From: an uncultured virus (IMG/VR IMGVR_UViG_3300022939_000006)
Lineage: Duplodnaviria > Heunggongvirae > Uroviricota > Caudoviricetes
Reading direction: 5' to 3' (one strand)
Virus record (IMG/VR): IMGVR_UViG_3300022939_000006
DNA length: 64,000 nt
Positions 59,226-64,000 of this stretch are shown in pieces. The translations under genes were made by a program, and so were the position numbers. The notes below the pieces were generated by a model. That model did not search any database. It saw only the letters and a program-made list of their open reading frames with translations, and was not told where the DNA came from. The first letter of the stretch is position 1. The number at the start of each line of letters is the position of its first letter.

Positions 59226-59819
59226 ATACGGTTCAGTAATTTTTACATCTTCTTTAAAATAATCATTAATTAATGTATACAAATTTCCCGACTTTTTAAA
59301 TTTTTCTGCAATTACATGTCCACCAAATACAGTCTGTTTATTAATATTAGGAGTATCAGGCATCATACTCATATGTTTTTGATCTTTGGCTTTGTGTCCT
59401 GTAATTAAACAATAGTTGGTCCAGTTTACAAACGTAGCTTTTGGATATTTAAATTTTTTCCAAGTTATTTGTTTACGCCATCTATCTTCCCAAGGAACTA
59501 TTGTTTTGTCCATACTAAATTGAGGACTAAATGCAAGGACTTTTTGTGTGGGATAAAAATTACTAAACATAATTGCATTGAATCCTCCCATGCTATTACC
59601 TATAGCGTAGACGTTATAAGTTTTAATATGTTTGGTTATTTCATTTATATCTATTGCACTGAAATAACTTTTATTATGATCTAACACCCATATTACATTA
59701 TAACCATTATTTTTTAAATTATAGAATTCTCTATTAACACCTTGTATAGTGTTTCCAATACTAGAGAAACTTACTATTGTGTGTTTACTTCCTGTATATA
59801 AATGTTTGATCTCAACCAT
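59208..59819 (-). CDS. Alpha/beta hydrolase-like protein
   Basis: IGNSMGG nucleophile elbow, AFSPQ and GGH. AATAAATA 5 nt upstream. Confidence 0.7.
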   Translation of the reverse strand: MVEIKHLYTGSKHTIVSFSSIGNTIQGVNREFYNLKNNGYNVIWVLDHNKSYFSAIDINEITKHIKTYNVYAIGNSMGGFNAIMFSNFYPTQKVLAFSPQFSMDKTIVPWEDRWRKQITWKKFKYPKATFVNWTNYCLITGHKAKDQKHMSMMPDTPNINKQTVFGGHVIAEKFKKSGNLYTLINDYFKEDVKITEPYLQSLL

Positions 59820-59858
59820 AATATTATTTATTGTAAAAGTGCGTATATAAATACCTAC

Positions 59859-60725
59859 ATGAAGACCTTACACACATTTGGCTGTTCAATTACACAAGGA
59901 TATGCACTTCCTGATGTTGTAAATCCTGTTCTTAACGAGAATGGCGAGCCATACACTAAAGAAGAAATAAACGCTAAAAACATTAAAATTAATTGGGAAG
60001 ACATTCATATTTTAAAACCTAGTGAACATGCATGGCCAAAAATATTAGCTGATAAGCTAAATGTTCCGGTAATTAATCATGCACGTAGAGGAGCGTGTTT
60101 TCAGCAGATAGCGAGACAGTGTGCAGTAGGTGCAAAAGATATACAACCGGACGACACAGTAATAGTAATGTGGACATATATGTCTAGACTATCATTACAA
60201 TGGCCTGCTAGAACATCGGTTCCTTTTTGTAACATAGCAGATTCAAATTGGGGATGGAAAACAGTAATATTAGGTTTTAATAGATTTTTTGGTTTGTCAG
60301 GATCAGATGAAAATACAAGTGAGGATGATAAAGAAATACAAGAATACATCGAAAAATCTACAAAAGAAACGTATTTGGATCCAATGGGTGTATATAATAG
60401 ATACTATAATAGTTTAGTATTACAGCAAATGGTTGACGGATTTTTAAAAGCAACTGGTGCAAGGGTAATACATTTAAGTGTAGAGACTGAGTCTGTATTA
60501 CGTCAACTTGAATTTGCAAGAGATGAACTGAGTAATACATTAAAAGAACCTTATAATATTCCAAGTCCAGATGAATGGTATAATTTAGATATAGATTACC
60601 AAAGCAGTTTTACGATATTAGATCCTAGTATTCCTCCAGCAGAAAACGACATGCACCCTAGTGTTACTCACCATAAAAATTTTGCTGAATTGATTCATAA
60701 AAAATATTTTGAAGGACAAACATGA
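59859..60725 (+). CDS. SGNH/GDSL-like hypothetical protein
   Basis: TFGCSIT, NHARRGA, VIVMWT..SR, NDMHPS. ATG lies 5 nt after TATAAATA (59846). Confidence 0.55.
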   Translation: MKTLHTFGCSITQGYALPDVVNPVLNENGEPYTKEEINAKNIKINWEDIHILKPSEHAWPKILADKLNVPVINHARRGACFQQIARQCAVGAKDIQPDDTVIVMWTYMSRLSLQWPARTSVPFCNIADSNWGWKTVILGFNRFFGLSGSDENTSEDDKEIQEYIEKSTKETYLDPMGVYNRYYNSLVLQQMVDGFLKATGARVIHLSVETESVLRQLEFARDELSNTLKEPYNIPSPDEWYNLDIDYQSSFTILDPSIPPAENDMHPSVTHHKNFAELIHKKYFEGQT

Positions 60726-61492
60726 AAACTATTGTATTAGTAACAGGAGGATTTGATCCTTTACATTCAGGCCATATTGAATATTTTAAGGCGGCTAAAT
60801 CTTTAGGTGATGAATTACATGTAGGTTTAAATTCAGACGATTGGCTTACAAATAAAAAAGGACGTCCTTTTATGTCTTTTAAGGACAGAGCAAATGTTAT
60901 TGAACAACTAAGTATTGTTGACAGAGTCATAAGTTTTGATGACAGTGACGGCAGTGCATGTGGTGCAATCTATAAAACAATGGCAACTCATGGAGATGTT
61001 AAAATTGTTTTTGCTAACGGTGGAGATAGAACAAACACCACTACACCAGAATATGAAACATACGGAGAATTGCCTAAAGTTGAATTTGCGTTTGGTGTAG
61101 GTGGAGAAAATAAAATAAATTCTAGTAGTTGGATATTAGATGAATGGAAAGCGCCTAAAACAGAACGTAGTTGGGGGTATTATAGAGTGATACATGAATA
61201 TGACAGACATACTAAAGTAAAAGAATTAACAGTACCTCCGGGTAAAAGACTATCAATGCAAAGACATGCAGAACGTAGCGAACATTGGTTTGTAGCTGAA
61301 GGAACTGCAACAGTATATACTCTAGACAGTAGTTCCGACGTTGATTTACTTGGAGTTTATGAACAACACAGAAGTTTACACATACCTGTAAACACATGGC
61401 ATCAACTTGTTAATGAACATAACGAACCATTGAAATTAGTTGAAATACAATATGGAAAAAATTGTGTTGAGGAGGATATAGAAAGAAAATGA
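60722..61492 (+). CDS. Cytidylyltransferase-like (HxGH) domain fused to PMI type II cupin
   Basis: TGGFDPLHSGH, NSDDWL..KKG and FANGGDR, then RSWGYY...LSMQRH..RSEHW...HQL...EIQYG..C.E.DIER. Confidence 0.8.
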   Translation: MKTIVLVTGGFDPLHSGHIEYFKAAKSLGDELHVGLNSDDWLTNKKGRPFMSFKDRANVIEQLSIVDRVISFDDSDGSACGAIYKTMATHGDVKIVFANGGDRTNTTTPEYETYGELPKVEFAFGVGGENKINSSSWILDEWKAPKTERSWGYYRVIHEYDRHTKVKELTVPPGKRLSMQRHAERSEHWFVAEGTATVYTLDSSSDVDLLGVYEQHRSLHIPVNTWHQLVNEHNEPLKLVEIQYGKNCVEEDIERK

Positions 61493-62163
61493 AAATATTT
61501 GTAGGCTATGATACTAGAGAAGATATTGCATATCAAGTGTGCAAGCACAGTATCGAAACAAGAAGTCCCGATGCAGATGTGCGTCCGTTAAAACAACAGG
61601 AATTAAGAGATGCAGGTTGGTATACTCGTCCAATAGATAAACTAGCATCAACTGAATTTACGTTTACACGGTTTCTTATACCTGAACTTGTAAATTTTGA
61701 AGGTTGGGCTGTGTTTATGGATTGTGATATGATCTTAACAACAGATATAAAAGAACTGTTTGATCAAGCAGATGACAAGTATGCTGTAATGTGTGTACAT
61801 CATGACTACAAAGTTAAAGAAGGTACAAAAATGGATGGACAAAAACAAACTATCTATCCACGTAAAAATTGGTCAAGTGTGATGTTGTTTAACTGTGGTC
61901 ATCCTAGTAATGCAAAACTTACTATGGATCTTGTTAATGATAAAGAAATTAATGGTGCCTACTTGCATAGATTTAGTTGGTTAAAAGATGAAGAAATTGG
62001 AGAATTGGATCATACTTGGAATTATCTTGTTGGTGTTTATGACGATGTAGAGACACCAAAACTAATACATTATACAGAAGGTGGTCCTTGGTTTGAAAAC
62101 TACCGAAACTGTGAATACAATGAATTATGGAAACAGGAATTAAAATGCATGATGGATCTGTAA
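61489..62163 (+). CDS. GT8-like glycosyltransferase
   Basis: IFVGYD.RE, STEFTFTRFL.P, FMDCDM, YPRKNWSS, WNYLVG, IHYTEGGPW. Confidence 0.8.
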   Translation: MKIFVGYDTREDIAYQVCKHSIETRSPDADVRPLKQQELRDAGWYTRPIDKLASTEFTFTRFLIPELVNFEGWAVFMDCDMILTTDIKELFDQADDKYAVMCVHHDYKVKEGTKMDGQKQTIYPRKNWSSVMLFNCGHPSNAKLTMDLVNDKEINGAYLHRFSWLKDEEIGELDHTWNYLVGVYDDVETPKLIHYTEGGPWFENYRNCEYNELWKQELKCMMDL

Positions 62164-62978
62164 AACATCATCTAGCAATAGATGAAAATGATCAAATATT
62201 AAAATGTTGGACCAAGGGCATTGGTGCAACTTACATACACGATTGGAAACAACTGAAAGAATATGATACCAATTTACCAGTAAGTTTTAGAGGTATGACT
62301 GGTAGAAAAATTGTTGCTGAATGTGAAAGAACAGGCCGAGATTATTTTTATATTGATACTGGATATTTAGGTAATAGACAAAAAAGAAAAGTATTTCATA
62401 GAGTAGTAAAAAATGGTATGCAACACAGTAACTTTAAAAACTTGCCAAATGATAGATGGAGAGAACTATCTGGTAGAGCTAGAGATTTTAGCTACGCATT
62501 TAGAGGCTGGACTAAATCAAAAAATCAAGGAAGGAATATTTTACTAGTAACACCTTCCGAAAAGCCTTGTAAATTTTATGGAATTAACAGAGATGACTGG
62601 GTAAAAGAAACAACAGAACTAATAAAAAAATATACTGACAAAGAAATAATTGTTAGAGATAAAGGACTACGTCATCAAAGAATAGGTGACGGAAGCATCT
62701 TTAATCAGTTTGATGAAGATAAAATTTTTGCTGTAGTAACATACAACAGTATTGCGGCAACTGAAGCTATTATGTATGGTGTACCAGCATTTACAACTGC
62801 TCCAGGTGCGGCTGATATGCTATGTGAAAAAGACCTTAGTAAATTAGAAACACCCAAGTATAGCGACCCGCAACTTGTGCAAAATTGGTTACACTGGTTA
62901 TGTTACTGTCAGTTTACAACTGATGAACTTGTAAATGGAGAAGCATACAGAATTATACAGGAGCACGACATACGATGA
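62145..62978 (+). CDS. Capsule-synthesis-like glycosyltransferase
   Basis: YIDTGY, IIVRDK, VVTYNSIAATEAIMYGVP, WL..L.YCQF. Start chosen after AGGA. Confidence 0.6.
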   Translation: MHDGSVKHHLAIDENDQILKCWTKGIGATYIHDWKQLKEYDTNLPVSFRGMTGRKIVAECERTGRDYFYIDTGYLGNRQKRKVFHRVVKNGMQHSNFKNLPNDRWRELSGRARDFSYAFRGWTKSKNQGRNILLVTPSEKPCKFYGINRDDWVKETTELIKKYTDKEIIVRDKGLRHQRIGDGSIFNQFDEDKIFAVVTYNSIAATEAIMYGVPAFTTAPGAADMLCEKDLSKLETPKYSDPQLVQNWLHWLCYCQFTTDELVNGEAYRIIQEHDIR

Positions 62979-63916
62979 ATGGATTAACTGTTGCTTCATA
63001 CTTAATGGGTATTCCTCCAGGAAATACCAATCCTGAAAAACCTAGAATTATAAATGATTTTATTAAAGGTGTAAATGCATGTGGAGACAGAGGTGCAGTA
63101 GTAACGGGCTGGCATCCTATGAATACTGATGTAGCAGTAATACAAGGATTTGTTCATGCAAACAGTAAAAACACAAGACACTTACGGTTAAGAAAACAAG
63201 TATACGAAAATCAAATCCTTAGAAATAAAAGATGTGTAATTGTAGATAGTAATTTGTTTTTAAGTTTTGATCCAGGTAATACAAAAACATATTTACGGTA
63301 TAGCTTTGATGGAGTATTTCCAACTACTGGTGAATATTGTTATGATAATCCTAACCCTTACAGGTGGGAAAAACTTAGTAAAGATTTGAACATAAAAGTT
63401 AAACCTTGGCGAAAACCCGACGGTGGTACAATACTTTTATGTTGCCAAAGAGACGGTGGTTGGAGTATGGATTCAGAGCCTGTTGTAAGTTGGATTGTAC
63501 AAACAGTTACTCAAGTAAGACATTATACTGACAAACAAATTGTAGTTAGATTTCATCCTGGAGATAAAAATGTAAGAAATCATATAAGACATCTTGCAAG
63601 ATATAAAATTGGAAATTTAAGAATAAGCAATAGTGAAAATATCTTCACTGATTTTGCAACCGCTTGTGCAGTAGTAAACCATAATAGTAGTCCTGCCGTT
63701 GCAAGTGTTATCGAAGGCATACCTACATTCCAAACAGATGTAGAAAGAAGCCAGGCTAAAGATGTTGTACATAGTGATATGAAATATATTAACGAACCAA
63801 AAGAATTTGAAAGAGAAGGTTGGCTACATAAACTTGCACAATGCCACTGGACTCTTGACGAAGTAGCCGCAGGCGAAGCATGGCGTCACATGCGTAAATG
63901 GGCAGTAAAGGAATAA
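62975..63916 (+). CDS. Capsule-synthesis-like glycosyltransferase
   Basis: LLCCQRDGG, IVVRFHPGD, VVNHNSSPAVASVIEGIP, WLHKLAQCHW. Confidence 0.6.
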   Translation: MNGLTVASYLMGIPPGNTNPEKPRIINDFIKGVNACGDRGAVVTGWHPMNTDVAVIQGFVHANSKNTRHLRLRKQVYENQILRNKRCVIVDSNLFLSFDPGNTKTYLRYSFDGVFPTTGEYCYDNPNPYRWEKLSKDLNIKVKPWRKPDGGTILLCCQRDGGWSMDSEPVVSWIVQTVTQVRHYTDKQIVVRFHPGDKNVRNHIRHLARYKIGNLRISNSENIFTDFATACAVVNHNSSPAVASVIEGIPTFQTDVERSQAKDVVHSDMKYINEPKEFEREGWLHKLAQCHWTLDEVAAGEAWRHMRKWAVKE

Positions 63917-63917
63917 C

Positions 63918-64000
63918 ATGAATATTGTAGCTTTAACAACATTTAATAACGAAGGACTTTTTACATACGGCCAGAGATTAATAGACAGTTGGGCAAAAAA
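63918..64000 (+). CDS. Start of a probable glycosyltransferase-like gene (3'-truncated)
   Basis: MNIVALTTFNNEGLFTYGQRLIDSW resembles the N-terminus of 57007..57795. AAGG upstream. Confidence 0.45.
   Translation, partial: MNIVALTTFNNEGLFTYGQRLIDSWAK

Noticed and set aside
26..61397. Many short antisense or alternative-frame ORFs in the track (e.g. 5271-5753, 11219-11719, 24678-25205, 54263-54667)
   Set aside because: They lie inside long genes with clear motifs, lack RBS or promoter, and have shadow-ORF composition.
1..64000. Alternative genetic code
   Set aside because: Genes are full length under code 11, and TAA, TAG and TGA all act as stops.

Overview
A 64-kb, AT-rich (roughly one-third GC by eye) segment of a large T4-like myovirus genome, read in the standard genetic code. 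The environment is probably marine, but the host cannot be determined from this window. 1-32.7 kb: an array of very large tail-fibre or virion-appendage genes (1702, 1622, 1690 and 2470 aa). Embedded in it is a cassette of two paralogous 318-aa proteins with 31 Cys each, a putative chaperone, a GT9 (heptosyltransferase-like) glycosyltransferase, an SGNH-like protein and a NodU/TobZ-type carbamoyltransferase. 32.6-36.6 kb (minus strand): an ADP-heptose biosynthesis operon (hldE, hldD, cupin, gmhB, 2OG oxygenase) and a Nudix gene. 36.6-52 kb: rearranged T4 core morphogenesis genes (gp15, gp14, gp13, gp18, gp19, gp4, gp17), plus two 2OG-Fe(II) oxygenases and dNMP kinase. 54-57 kb: gp32, uvsX, uvsY. 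57-64 kb: a second glycan-modification island. The best candidate for an undescribed system is a phage-encoded pathway that heptosylates or carbamoylates Cys-rich fibre-tip proteins (inference). Non-coding signals read directly from the sequence are apparent avoidance of GCWGC, many near-leaderless late and sigma70 transcripts, a structured RNA across the start of the 1702-aa gene, an RBS-sequestering hairpin before the GT9 gene and an H-type pseudoknot before gp32. No tRNA, rRNA, CRISPR array or reverse transcriptase was seen. All calls come from reading motifs by eye; no searches were run.
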